A stretch of 64,000 nucleotides of DNA from a virus (Duplodnaviria; Heunggongvirae; Uroviricota; Caudoviricetes). The stretch lies in IMG/VR virus record IMGVR_UViG_3300025073_000001; one strand, written 5' to 3'. The notes beneath the pieces are model-generated. The model was not told the DNA's origin, did not search any database, and worked only from the letters and a program-made list of their open reading frames with translations. A program made the translations under genes and the position numbers. This document shows, piece by piece, positions 18,188 through 27,453 of this stretch. How positions within the stretch are numbered: position 1 is the stretch's first letter; the number at the start of each line of letters is the position of its first letter.

Positions 18188-18490
18188 TTATTTAAAAAAT
18201 ACTTTATCTGATTTATCTAAATACCATGAATCAGTCGATCCGTCAGATAATTTAACTTTGATGGTATAATTGGACGCACCAGTTCCATATTCATCTGGAG
18301 CATCTCTTTTAACTGATAAAATAGTTACTGATTCTGGAACACTATTTGGATCATCTAATTCAATTGCCTGATAAGTTTCTCCACTTCTCACCTGACCGGG
18401 AGAGATAAATTTTCTCGATTCTTCATTCAAGGTCTTTCTAACCATTTTTCTAATGTAGTTTTCAACCAATTTAACTTGTCTTTGAGTCAT
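18188..18490 (-). CDS. Small protein with class-A leader and SH3-like cargo
   Basis: MTQRQVKLVENYIRKMVRKTLNE. Confidence 0.6.
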   Translation of the reverse strand: MTQRQVKLVENYIRKMVRKTLNEESRKFISPGQVRSGETYQAIELDDPNSVPESVTILSVKRDAPDEYGTGASNYTIKVKLSDGSTDSWYLDKSDKVFFK

Positions 18491-18503
18491 ATATTATTCC
18501 TTT

Positions 18504-20099
18504 TTAAAGTAACCATTTTAAATTTTCTTTGTTTCCCTGTCTTCCAACGTTCATTTCCCAATTTGCTGCACCAAGAGGTTGAGGCTTGAAGACTGTTTTA
18601 TGCGTCGTTTTCAACGTTCTCTTAACCAAGTCAATCCCTAACATTCTAAGTTTCAACGAAGTATCCCTGATCATCAATCCCATGCAAAATGCCATAACTA
18701 AGTCATCATTTTTTCCCTTAGCGGCTTGTGGTTTTCCATCTATCCACATAAACGCATGAAGTTCGTTCAAAAATCTAGTTGAATGGATAATTGGTGCTTT
18801 GTCTCTGAAATAAATATCTAATTTTGAAATTAAAACAGGACGGGTTTTAACAGTTATTGAATAACCAGGAACCATGTCCTCTTTTTGCTTCAAATCGTGT
18901 GCTTTGCGGAGATGGATATTCTCATCTAAGTACGGATCATTTTTAAAACTGTAATATAAATTTTTATATCCGGAATCAATGACTACTTGAATTGTTGACC
19001 ATCCAATATTTCTGTTATCAATAATTAAAACAGCATTATTATATTCCGTTGCAACTGAAACGAGCAAATTGCCCATCATTTGAGTGTCAATTTTGCTCTT
19101 AAATTCTGCAACTTGTTCAACTGTTTCAACGTCAATGACGTGAAATGCTGAATAATCTTCTCCGTCACCTCTTGAAATGTCAGCACAGACCAAATATGTT
19201 CTTGTATAATCTGGATATTTCCAAATCCAATAATCGCCTCCGATCCCTCTTCTTTCAATCGGTTCTTTGATATGTTCCTTTTCGTACCATTGCAATGTTT
19301 CATGTTCAATTACAGTGTGGCCTGAAGTTAAGAAATCTACGTCAAATTCTTGAGCAGCCATTCTTTTGCCCAACAAAACATCTTGTTGATTTCTCCAATT
19401 TTGATCCCTTTCAGGATGAAGATACCAAGGAAGTTTAATTGGAACGAACTTGATGCCAAATTCTTCGGTTCCTTCTTCTGCTTTTTCCCAAATATCATGA
19501 AACATACCAACCCGGCCATTCGGAGTTGATAGAAGAATTGCAGAACCGCCTGTTGAAAGAGTTGCCTGAGCACTTGTCCAGATTTCGTCGGAAGATTCGC
19601 AAAACGCCATTTCGTCAAAAATCAACAATGAAAGAGCGTGTGAACGTGCTGAGTCAGGACTACTTGAAACCGCGTTGATTTCTGATCCGTTGCTAAATAC
19701 CAGACTTAATTTATTATTATTTACAATGGAGAGACCTTGTTTGAGGAACGAAGGTAGAAACTCCCACATTATTTGAACCTTTTGAACGAGGTTCTTTGCA
19801 ACTTCCTGTTTTGTTGCAATTACAAGAATTTTAAAATCAGATTGAAAAATCATTGAGTGAAGGGCAATTCCAGCAGTTAGCGTAGAAATGCCCATTTGTC
19901 TAGATTTACCAATTATGACAAATCTATTATCCCTAATGACCCTGATTGCGTCTTCCTGAAACGGATAGAGATTAAACAGAATCTTCCCCTTCATCGGATG
20001 TTGAATCTTTGCATACTTCTTGAAGAAGTGAACAGGATCAACTGCCGACTTGAGGAATTCTTCCTGAATTACCGATCTTAAATTGGTGGGTTCTGACAA
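18504..20099 (-). CDS. terL: Terminase large subunit (gp17-like)
   Basis: LYPFQ, KSRQMGIST (Walker A), LLIFDEMAF (Walker B), STPNG, CADISRGDGEDYSA, NDDLVMA nuclease motifs; TTG start. Confidence 0.96.
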   Translation of the reverse strand: MSEPTNLRSVIQEEFLKSAVDPVHFFKKYAKIQHPMKGKILFNLYPFQEDAIRVIRDNRFVIIGKSRQMGISTLTAGIALHSMIFQSDFKILVIATKQEVAKNLVQKVQIMWEFLPSFLKQGLSIVNNNKLSLVFSNGSEINAVSSSPDSARSHALSLLIFDEMAFCESSDEIWTSAQATLSTGGSAILLSTPNGRVGMFHDIWEKAEEGTEEFGIKFVPIKLPWYLHPERDQNWRNQQDVLLGKRMAAQEFDVDFLTSGHTVIEHETLQWYEKEHIKEPIERRGIGGDYWIWKYPDYTRTYLVCADISRGDGEDYSAFHVIDVETVEQVAEFKSKIDTQMMGNLLVSVATEYNNAVLIIDNRNIGWSTIQVVIDSGYKNLYYSFKNDPYLDENIHLRKAHDLKQKEDMVPGYSITVKTRPVLISKLDIYFRDKAPIIHSTRFLNELHAFMWIDGKPQAAKGKNDDLVMAFCMGLMIRDTSLKLRMLGIDLVKRTLKTTHKTVFKPQPLGAANWEMNVGRQGNKENLKWLL

Positions 20100-20102
20100 A
20101 GA

Positions 20103-20321
20103 TTACTTCTCCATCCTATTATATTTATTTTTAAATACAGGAATGATTTTGGGATTTCCTGAATATGTTATAAATTCTAAATTTGAAAAATCAACATTGT
20201 TAAAATCATCCCTGTCAATGTGTTCTAATACTTGTTCATTTACCGAGTTTTGAATGATATATGGTATTGAAAAATTATCAAATGGAAAATAATCAAAATA
20301 TTTTTTAAAATAATCTTTCAT
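20103..20321 (-). CDS. Tandem paralogue 3 of the MxxYFK family
   Basis: MKDYFK...DFSNLEF...IPVFK. Confidence 0.55.
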   Translation of the reverse strand: MKDYFKKYFDYFPFDNFSIPYIIQNSVNEQVLEHIDRDDFNNVDFSNLEFITYSGNPKIIPVFKNKYNRMEK

Positions 20322-20533
20322 TTATCTATCAATCTAAATACTGGTATTTTATTTTGAATTCTAGCAAAAATTAAATTTGAAAAATCAGATTCATCAAAGT
20401 TTGATAAAGTAAATTCTTTATGAATAGTTTGACTAATTTCATACAATCCATTTTCTAAAAGTTCAAATTTTAGAATTACATATTTTAGAAATGTCCGCTG
20501 ATCTTCTATTTGTTCTTTAAAATATTCTTTCAT
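20318..20533 (-). CDS. Tandem paralogue 2 of the MxxYFK family
   Basis: MKEYFKEQ...DFSNLIF...KIPVFR. Confidence 0.55.
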   Translation of the reverse strand: MKEYFKEQIEDQRTFLKYVILKFELLENGLYEISQTIHKEFTLSNFDESDFSNLIFARIQNKIPVFRLIDK

Positions 20534-20727
20534 TTTACTTTAAATGTTGGATACTTTAATTGATGTTGAGCATATTCTAATTTACCAAAGTTAATTTCAG
20601 AAAACTTGCATTTTTTCAAGTCAGTGAATAACTCTAATGGATTTCCGTTTATATATTCAATTGTAATATATTTAACTTCAGAATCAAGTGAATTATCAAT
20701 AAGTTGTTCTTTAAAATATTCTATCAT
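20530..20727 (-). CDS. Tandem paralogue 1 of the MxxYFK family
   Basis: Start re-called to MIEYFKEQ (20727); NFGKLEY...KYPTFK. Confidence 0.5.
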   Translation of the reverse strand: MIEYFKEQLIDNSLDSEVKYITIEYINGNPLELFTDLKKCKFSEINFGKLEYAQHQLKYPTFKVK

Positions 20728-20728
20728 T

Positions 20729-21016
20729 TTACTTCGTGAAATAATTAATAAAATTATCATCCATAAATTCTTTAATATAATCCAGAAATATTCTTTGAAT
20801 CTTATCTAAATCTTTTTCACCAATCTGGAATTTACTGTCACGTTCCAATTTAAGTTTGACCGATTCAATCGAGTTCACGAGTGCATTTCTAAGTTCATCA
20901 AATTCATCATGAACAATTTGTTCGAGTTTACCTTCATTTAATCTGTTCTTGCCCATGGTGTTTTTTTTTGCTAATTCTTCCATGATGATTTTATTAACTA
21001 ATTGTTTGATTTGCAT
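20729..21016 (-). CDS. Class-B leader protein
   Basis: MQIKQLVNKIIMEE...RLNE. Confidence 0.55.
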   Translation of the reverse strand: MQIKQLVNKIIMEELAKKNTMGKNRLNEGKLEQIVHDEFDELRNALVNSIESVKLKLERDSKFQIGEKDLDKIQRIFLDYIKEFMDDNFINYFTK

Positions 21017-21641
21017 TGAATTTCTCCATTGTTTTTTCTTTGAACTTTTTATAATCTGTATCTACTTTTTCAATCAATTTTTCTGAATCCAAACCTTCCC
21101 ATTTTTCAACGTCTCCGTGTTCAGAATTTACAAACGCAACTTCTTTAAAAGATTCTTTAATCACTTCAACTTCCTTGTCTGCCTGTTTAAAGAATGCTTC
21201 AGCGTTGGCTTTCATTTTATCTAATGCGTATTCATTGAATTTGCCTTGTATTTTTAACTTTGTTTCAAATCCAACCAAGCAATCATGACACATTCCAACG
21301 ATTCTCCTGAACTTTTGATCCAGACTCGTTGGTGATTTGCAAGTGCAAGTTTCTTTCTGACAATTTGGAAACTTATATTGTTCTTCCCTTATATCGGAAT
21401 AGAACTTGGACATTTCTGGACTAACATTTGACTTGGTTCTGAATCCTTGATTTTGAGTCCAATAAACGATGTTTCCAGATAAATCTTTTTCTTCCCAAGT
21501 TTCACCAACTTCACGCTTTTTGTTTTTTTCTGAGGCTGAATGCACATCCGAAAATCCAATTGTCTTCTTCGTTTGAAGTCGGTGATTTCCCTCCAACATT
21601 TGATTGAGGGCTTTAATGTTTTGTAATTTACTTTCTGCCAT
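20994..21641 (-). CDS. Hypothetical protein with Cys cluster
   Basis: REVGETWEE, CQKETCTC...MCHDC. Confidence 0.7.
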   Translation of the reverse strand: MAESKLQNIKALNQMLEGNHRLQTKKTIGFSDVHSASEKNKKREVGETWEEKDLSGNIVYWTQNQGFRTKSNVSPEMSKFYSDIREEQYKFPNCQKETCTCKSPTSLDQKFRRIVGMCHDCLVGFETKLKIQGKFNEYALDKMKANAEAFFKQADKEVEVIKESFKEVAFVNSEHGDVEKWEGLDSEKLIEKVDTDYKKFKEKTMEKFNANQTIS

Positions 21642-22091
21642 TCAGTGTTTGTGTTTAAAAGATATTTCGTTTAATTCTGTCTGCATACTAATAATATCGA
21701 ATTCTTTAATATCAAAAACTTCATCATCAAAGCATCTCGTGATTTTATATCTCATTTCATTTGGTATTTTCTTAATATTTTCTTCAAAGATAAAGTTTCC
21801 TGCTACATCAGTTCCGTTTTCATAGCGATGCTTTTTCCACGATGTTAATTTTGGTAAATCAATATCGAGAAAATCGACCGTTTCTTCAAATGGTTTGCTC
21901 AATATCAAAGTATTAAGTTCTTGATCAAGTTCTAGATTATCAACTAATTTTGGACAATTCTTTAAAATGGATTCATTTAAATCAAGTAATTCCAACGTAT
22001 GATTTTCTGGATTTGTAACAACCGGAACGAATGATAATAACATTCCCTTACATTTTTTATCCAAATGATTGGTGAGTTCTTCTAATTTCAT
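21642..22091 (-). CDS. Hypothetical protein
   Basis: 149-aa ORF in the operon. Confidence 0.55.
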   Translation of the reverse strand: MKLEELTNHLDKKCKGMLLSFVPVVTNPENHTLELLDLNESILKNCPKLVDNLELDQELNTLILSKPFEETVDFLDIDLPKLTSWKKHRYENGTDVAGNFIFEENIKKIPNEMRYKITRCFDDEVFDIKEFDIISMQTELNEISFKHKH

Positions 22092-22107
22092 ACTTTTTGT
22101 TTAAAAT

Positions 22108-22344
22108 TTATCTTTTTTGATTTGATCTAATGACAAGTTTTCCGCCTGAATTAGAAATTGAATAAATCAATCCATTATCCATTTTTAATGATAAAGTAGA
22201 TTCAGAACCATCACTTTTTACACCAACAATCGTTCTTCCTTTGAGGATTGCTGAATCTGTTCCTAAATCAGTATCTTCTTTCAACATTCCTTTCACTTGT
22301 TTTCTAACATAGTTTTCAATCAATTTTTCTTGTTTTGGTGTCAT
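22108..22344 (-). CDS. Small protein with class-A leader
   Basis: Start re-called to MTPKQEKLIENYVRKQVKGMLKE (22344), 1 nt after the upstream TGA. Confidence 0.6.
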   Translation of the reverse strand: MTPKQEKLIENYVRKQVKGMLKEDTDLGTDSAILKGRTIVGVKSDGSESTLSLKMDNGLIYSISNSGGKLVIRSNQKR

Positions 22345-22345
22345 T

Positions 22346-22615
22346 TCATATTCCTTGTTTTGTGATATTTTCTTGTTGCTGACAGAAATCAATGAATCTC
22401 TGTTCTGGTATTCCGAGTAAATCGGCAAACTTTTGAATTGCGCGATATTTGTCCGTTGGTAACTGAATTGCTTGAAGCATCTGCATGAATTGGGAATTAG
22501 TCCGCAATTTATCCATCAACAGAACTGCATTGGCCGAAGCGTTGGCTTTTGGATCAATTTCTTCCGTTAAAGTCTTCAAATTTACGGTCAATGGCCCAAG
22601 TTTGAATTTGTTCAT
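22346..22615 (-). CDS. Hypothetical protein
   Basis: AAGGAG SD; contains an LTE site. Confidence 0.6.
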   Translation of the reverse strand: MNKFKLGPLTVNLKTLTEEIDPKANASANAVLLMDKLRTNSQFMQMLQAIQLPTDKYRAIQKFADLLGIPEQRFIDFCQQQENITKQGI

Positions 22616-22631
22616 TTGTTTTCTCCTTCAT

Positions 22632-22640
22632 ATAATTATC
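22632..22640 (-). promoter_or_regulatory. Putative late promoter element GATANTTAT
   Basis: GATAATTAT in a 37-nt gap ahead of the operon leading to terL. Confidence 0.45.
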
Positions 22641-22652
22641 TATTTTTTACAA

Positions 22653-24581
22653 TTAAACTTTCTTATACCTATCTTGATTGTAAATCCTGTAAATTGGAAC
22701 ACATAACAAAAAAGAACCTGTTAATTTATACTGTCTTCCTCGCCATTCAACGACCAATCCTTCAATTGGATTCAATGAATCAATTCCTCCTAATCGTTGT
22801 AAGTTTTCATACGCAGATTTAAAATCCGATTTATCCTTTTCAGTTTTACAAAGAGTTCTTGACTTGGTTATAATCTTAACCTGAGTCGTTTTATTCAACG
22901 GATTCTGATTAGTTTCCTTGCAAAACTGTTTGATGACAAAGTTCCCAAGTTCAGCGATGAATAATTTTTTATTTTCTGGATTGAACTTTGATTTAAAATA
23001 TTGAAATTGTTCTAGATTGGGTTTCAATTTAAACGTTGGTGTAATTTTGATTTCAAATCCATTTCTTGGAGATGATTCAAACGTCCAAGGAATGTTTTTT
23101 GTCCTTGAAACTTCATTCCCCTTTTCATCATAAGTAATCAATGAATGTAATGAAAGAAACGGCTTATCTCCATATTCAAAGACATTTCTTGCTCTTGGAT
23201 GGCAAATTTCAAAGTTTAAAAAAGTCTGGCCGTTCTTAAAAACCTTAGTCAAATCTTCATGACTCAATGTTAACAAATGTTCTTCAATTGCTTTGTGGGC
23301 AGTTGTGAACGTAAATTGAACGTCAGGTTTTCCTTCATATTTTAAAAACACTTCATCAACTGTCATTGGATTGACAATCGTTCCCTTATTTCTGCTGGCT
23401 AAAACTTGTCCGTCTTTGTAAGTGACTTGAAAGTTATGACCATCTAATTTAAGCGAACATGAACAAGTTTCAGGTTTATTCAAAACATCACTGACGAATT
23501 CGAGTAATTCTTCATTAGTTAAATCAGGATCTTCAAATGGATGAATAATATGTTTTGAATATTTTCCTGCATTTGAATTAATTGCCTGAAAAACTTCCCT
23601 TGATTGCTCCATTGTTAAAATAGGTGAAGTTGAACTAAAATTCTTCTTTCTCATGATGGTTTTTGGAACCAAATCAAGTTCTTCGTTTTCACGGTCAATT
23701 TTAATGATAAATGGCAAATTAATGTCAGTTTCCATATCCTTTAAAACTGCTTCTAAACCTGAACTTGACTTGGAAAGTTTGTGACCATAACGGAGTGAAG
23801 CCTTTTTAAATAATTGTCTCAATTCATCTCCGGTTATCGGTTCTTGATTTCTCGGATCATTTAACCTTTGATAGAAATGAGTGTTGGTTGAAAGCGTTTG
23901 AAAGTTAACGTCAATTCCAAATTCTTTAAAAAGTCTGTCTGCATACTGTTCAATCCTTTCAAGTTGAGTTCTTGTTATTCTGTCTGAACTTTCAGTTAAA
24001 ATTGATTCAACCAATTCTGTTATTTCAGGATGGAACCTTTGTTTAAAAAGAAAGTGAATCGCTTCGTCATAATACCCCATAATTCGCTGAAATTCGTCCC
24101 GTGTCGCCATTGGAAGGACTTGACGTAAGTAAGTACCGTTGATTTCATTTGAGTCGCTTAGAAGTGAAATATGGGGCAATTCAAGAACGTAACCACATTG
24201 ACTCAGAGGTTTCAAGTTTTTCTGCCCGTAATATTCTTGAAAATAACTCGGAGAACCGTCTTTTTTCGTGAATTGAATCCTACCAAAGTCCTTTTCTCCG
24301 TAGGCAAAAATTACAGCAGTTTCGTTTGGATTGAATTGTGAAGTGATTTCTTCTGCTTTATACGGATTCTTGACTTGAACGATGCTGGATTGTCTAACGT
24401 GATAGGGAAAAATACATTTTAATTTTTCTTCAAAAGTCAAAGGACTATTCAAGTCAGTGTGATTCGAAGTTGCAATAAAAACATTGTTTACTCCAAATGA
24501 TTTAGCCAGCCATTGATAACTTTTAAAATGATGTGGACCAAATGGTTGAAATCTTCCTGGATAAATTACTATTAATTTCAT
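22653..24581 (-). CDS. Three-domain protein: HIGH-type nucleotidyltransferase, unknown middle domain, ligase-like nucleotidyltransferase
   Basis: YPGRFQPFGPHH; HFYQRLNDPRN middle domain; KLDG...EGLVV...YKLTG C-terminal motifs. Confidence 0.6.
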   Translation of the reverse strand: MKLIVIYPGRFQPFGPHHFKSYQWLAKSFGVNNVFIATSNHTDLNSPLTFEEKLKCIFPYHVRQSSIVQVKNPYKAEEITSQFNPNETAVIFAYGEKDFGRIQFTKKDGSPSYFQEYYGQKNLKPLSQCGYVLELPHISLLSDSNEINGTYLRQVLPMATRDEFQRIMGYYDEAIHFLFKQRFHPEITELVESILTESSDRITRTQLERIEQYADRLFKEFGIDVNFQTLSTNTHFYQRLNDPRNQEPITGDELRQLFKKASLRYGHKLSKSSSGLEAVLKDMETDINLPFIIKIDRENEELDLVPKTIMRKKNFSSTSPILTMEQSREVFQAINSNAGKYSKHIIHPFEDPDLTNEELLEFVSDVLNKPETCSCSLKLDGHNFQVTYKDGQVLASRNKGTIVNPMTVDEVFLKYEGKPDVQFTFTTAHKAIEEHLLTLSHEDLTKVFKNGQTFLNFEICHPRARNVFEYGDKPFLSLHSLITYDEKGNEVSRTKNIPWTFESSPRNGFEIKITPTFKLKPNLEQFQYFKSKFNPENKKLFIAELGNFVIKQFCKETNQNPLNKTTQVKIITKSRTLCKTEKDKSDFKSAYENLQRLGGIDSLNPIEGLVVEWRGRQYKLTGSFLLCVPIYRIYNQDRYKKV

Positions 24582-24615
24582 ATTGTTAAATTTTGGAAAT
24601 TATCAATTTCCTTTT

Positions 24616-27453
24616 TTATCTAAACATTACAATTGGTGGACTGAACCTCGGATCTCTTATTCCATCTCCGCCGTAACCAATTAACCTGATGTAGCAATCT
24701 GCCATTGATGATGTCGGAATTCGTTGCCAATTTGAATCTTTGTAGCCTGGAGCGTTTCCAACGACCAATGTAACCATCGGAAACCAGTCAATTCCGGCAT
24801 TAACACTATATTGAACTTCCAAACTACAAGTAACACCGCCAGCGATTGTTGATAAATAAGTGAACAATCTTCCTTGGGTTATCTCGGTAAAATCTCCAGC
24901 ATAATCTGCATCTTGCGTGAACGTTCCGCCCAATCCAGTTGACAACCAAGTCGCCTGATTATTTTCCATATTCGTCCATTCAATTCCTGGAGTCGTTCCA
25001 ACTACCTTTGGACCATCCCAGATAAATTGCATTCTCGTTGAAGTTGAACCAGTTTGAAATAAATTTCCGTTTAAATTGGTCGATCCCGTAACTGTAAACT
25101 TACTTTGACTTGCATCGAAAGTCAAATTTTGATGTGAATATGAACTTGAAGTTGATCCACTTGAAATTAAAATTCTGTGAAGTCCTGAACCACTAAAATT
25201 TATCTTGTTTTGAATTGCATTGTAATCAACTTGGCTTGAACCTGAAAATAAAGTTTTACCTTCAAAAACACCAATTCTTCCTGAAAGAGAATTTGACGCT
25301 GAAATAAATGAACCAGATATTTCAGTCTTTAATGCGTATGATCCGGTTGCGGTTTTTAAATTGTTAACTTCGGATTGAATTGAACCCGTGAAAAGATTCA
25401 AACTTCCGGTAGTCAATTCAATCCTACTTAATCTTGCATTGGTTGAACCAGAAAATGTGTTTAAAGGTTCAATTTTACTCGTCACAGATCCGCTTATATC
25501 ACTTGAGATTTGATTTGAGCTTGAAACTATTCCAGTTCCCTTTCTTTCATATCTCGTATCATAACTTCCAGTCAATTGATCCGAACCTGAAACTGTTCCA
25601 TCAGGAATTGCCGTTGAACTTCCTGCTCTAATCGTCGAACCTTGGAAGAAAACTCCTTCAATTAACGTTGAAAATGTTTGAGTTCTCCTTCCAACTGGGT
25701 TTAAGTAATCTATTTTAAAGTTAACTTCCGAACCTGTTGGAAGGTTCATTGGAGCATAAATTCTGGCTTGATTGGGATTGAACCCTTTTTCATCAACAGG
25801 TTTTATTTCAATGTTTCCAACGTGCCATTTTCCTGCTCTTGAAACTAACTTCGGAACAATATTTCCAGATGTCTTAGAAACAAAGGTAAGTGAATTTTTC
25901 CTTAATTTTCCATTTTTTTCTGAAATACTTCCAATAAATGTTCCAAGTGATCCAGATTGGATTGGGTTTAATGCGATGGATTCTTGAATTGGTTCCGAGA
26001 TTATTTCTGAACCTGAAATATAAACGTCAAGTTGAGGAAAGATATCTGCCAAGTCTGATTCTGAATATGAATCAAATGACAAATTTATCTGTGTATTTTC
26101 TCCGCCAATATTTATTTTATATTGTGGTTTAGGTTCAATTACAACAAATGATCCTGTATTTGACCTCGTTCCATAATCAATTTTTATCCCGTCAACAATT
26201 CTTGAACTGACAGATGCAGTTGCAATGTTTGAACCAAGTGAAGCAGTTTGCCAATATTGATTGAAAGAACTCAATCCATTCCTAAACGTCCCAATCGGAG
26301 TTTCAACTATTCCTTCTGGATTTTTAAAGTAAACACTCGCAGAATCAATTAATAAATTTTCACCTTTAATTTCAAACGTTCCAACTGGCTGATAATTTGA
26401 ACCAATCAAGTTCAAAGACTTGTAAGAAATTTCAACTGCATCAATGTCACCTGCATTCGGCGAGATGTTTGCTAAATCAAAAACGGCGTATGATTGTGAA
26501 TAACCTGAACCTTGGATTGTTAAAAGTTCTTTATATGAAGCAGTAAAGTTTGAATGATTAAAGAACCTGTCAAAAGTTGTTGAAACTAAACCAGTTGAAG
26601 TTTGATATTCAATTGTTTTTCTGAACGGAGGAAAAACTTCAATGCTTCCAGTTCCAATTACTTTTAAGATTGAAGCACTGAATGATTGGTTTAGAAATGG
26701 AGTTGAACTTAATGCAGAACTCGGAACTTCAAGCGAAATTCCGTTGACAAAAATAGTTCCACCTTCCATTGAAGATGAAAATGGAAAATTCCTTGACGTG
26801 ATGATTGATGGAGTGAAAAAGGTTGGAATTTCAAACGAAGAACCTGAACCGACATTATTTGAAAGTGAGGTTGATTGTTTTGAAGTCGTTACTTCTTTCT
26901 TTTCAATCGTTTGAACGTCTCGCTCCGTTTGCTTTGGAGGAATTGAAGAAAGGATTGAAATATCGCCAGTTCCGTTCTTTTCAGTCTGTCTTGTTTGTGT
27001 TGAAAAAACTTGAGTCTGAACCTGCTTTTCAGTATATTTAACCTTTGGTTCTTCGCTGAACTTTATTTCTTGAGTGGTTTCAACAGTTGTTAAAACATCA
27101 TGAGTTAACTGACATTGATAGGTTTTATTATTGGATAGAATTGCATTGATGAAAATTCTACATTTTCCCGGAACAGTATCTTCATAGATGAAAACGATTA
27201 AACTTCTTGATTCATCTTCGTTAGCAATTTTAGAAATTTCATAGTAGATTGATCCTCCATTTGCATCAAATATATCAATTAAAACTTCTGAACCTTTTAA
27301 GAGTTTTTCCGGTAAAAGTTTTAACTTGACTTCATTCTTCCCTAATTTGAAATCAAGAGGCATTCTTATTTCAAAGACTCCCGATTCCTCAAACTCATTG
27401 ATTTGAGCGAAGCGTTTGTCTAATCCGTATGAAGTTCTCTTGTTCTTAATCAT
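24616..27453 (-). CDS. Large virion structural (tail/baseplate-like) protein
   Basis: 945 aa, Ser/Gly/Thr-rich; shares an ISGSF...KTLFS..QV.Y..IQ module with the fibre gene at 3-1148. Confidence 0.6.
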   Translation of the reverse strand: MIKNKRTSYGLDKRFAQINEFEESGVFEIRMPLDFKLGKNEVKLKLLPEKLLKGSEVLIDIFDANGGSIYYEISKIANEDESRSLIVFIYEDTVPGKCRIFINAILSNNKTYQCQLTHDVLTTVETTQEIKFSEEPKVKYTEKQVQTQVFSTQTRQTEKNGTGDISILSSIPPKQTERDVQTIEKKEVTTSKQSTSLSNNVGSGSSFEIPTFFTPSIITSRNFPFSSSMEGGTIFVNGISLEVPSSALSSTPFLNQSFSASILKVIGTGSIEVFPPFRKTIEYQTSTGLVSTTFDRFFNHSNFTASYKELLTIQGSGYSQSYAVFDLANISPNAGDIDAVEISYKSLNLIGSNYQPVGTFEIKGENLLIDSASVYFKNPEGIVETPIGTFRNGLSSFNQYWQTASLGSNIATASVSSRIVDGIKIDYGTRSNTGSFVVIEPKPQYKINIGGENTQINLSFDSYSESDLADIFPQLDVYISGSEIISEPIQESIALNPIQSGSLGTFIGSISEKNGKLRKNSLTFVSKTSGNIVPKLVSRAGKWHVGNIEIKPVDEKGFNPNQARIYAPMNLPTGSEVNFKIDYLNPVGRRTQTFSTLIEGVFFQGSTIRAGSSTAIPDGTVSGSDQLTGSYDTRYERKGTGIVSSSNQISSDISGSVTSKIEPLNTFSGSTNARLSRIELTTGSLNLFTGSIQSEVNNLKTATGSYALKTEISGSFISASNSLSGRIGVFEGKTLFSGSSQVDYNAIQNKINFSGSGLHRILISSGSTSSSYSHQNLTFDASQSKFTVTGSTNLNGNLFQTGSTSTRMQFIWDGPKVVGTTPGIEWTNMENNQATWLSTGLGGTFTQDADYAGDFTEITQGRLFTYLSTIAGGVTCSLEVQYSVNAGIDWFPMVTLVVGNAPGYKDSNWQRIPTSSMADCYIRLIGYGGDGIRDPRFSPPIVMFR

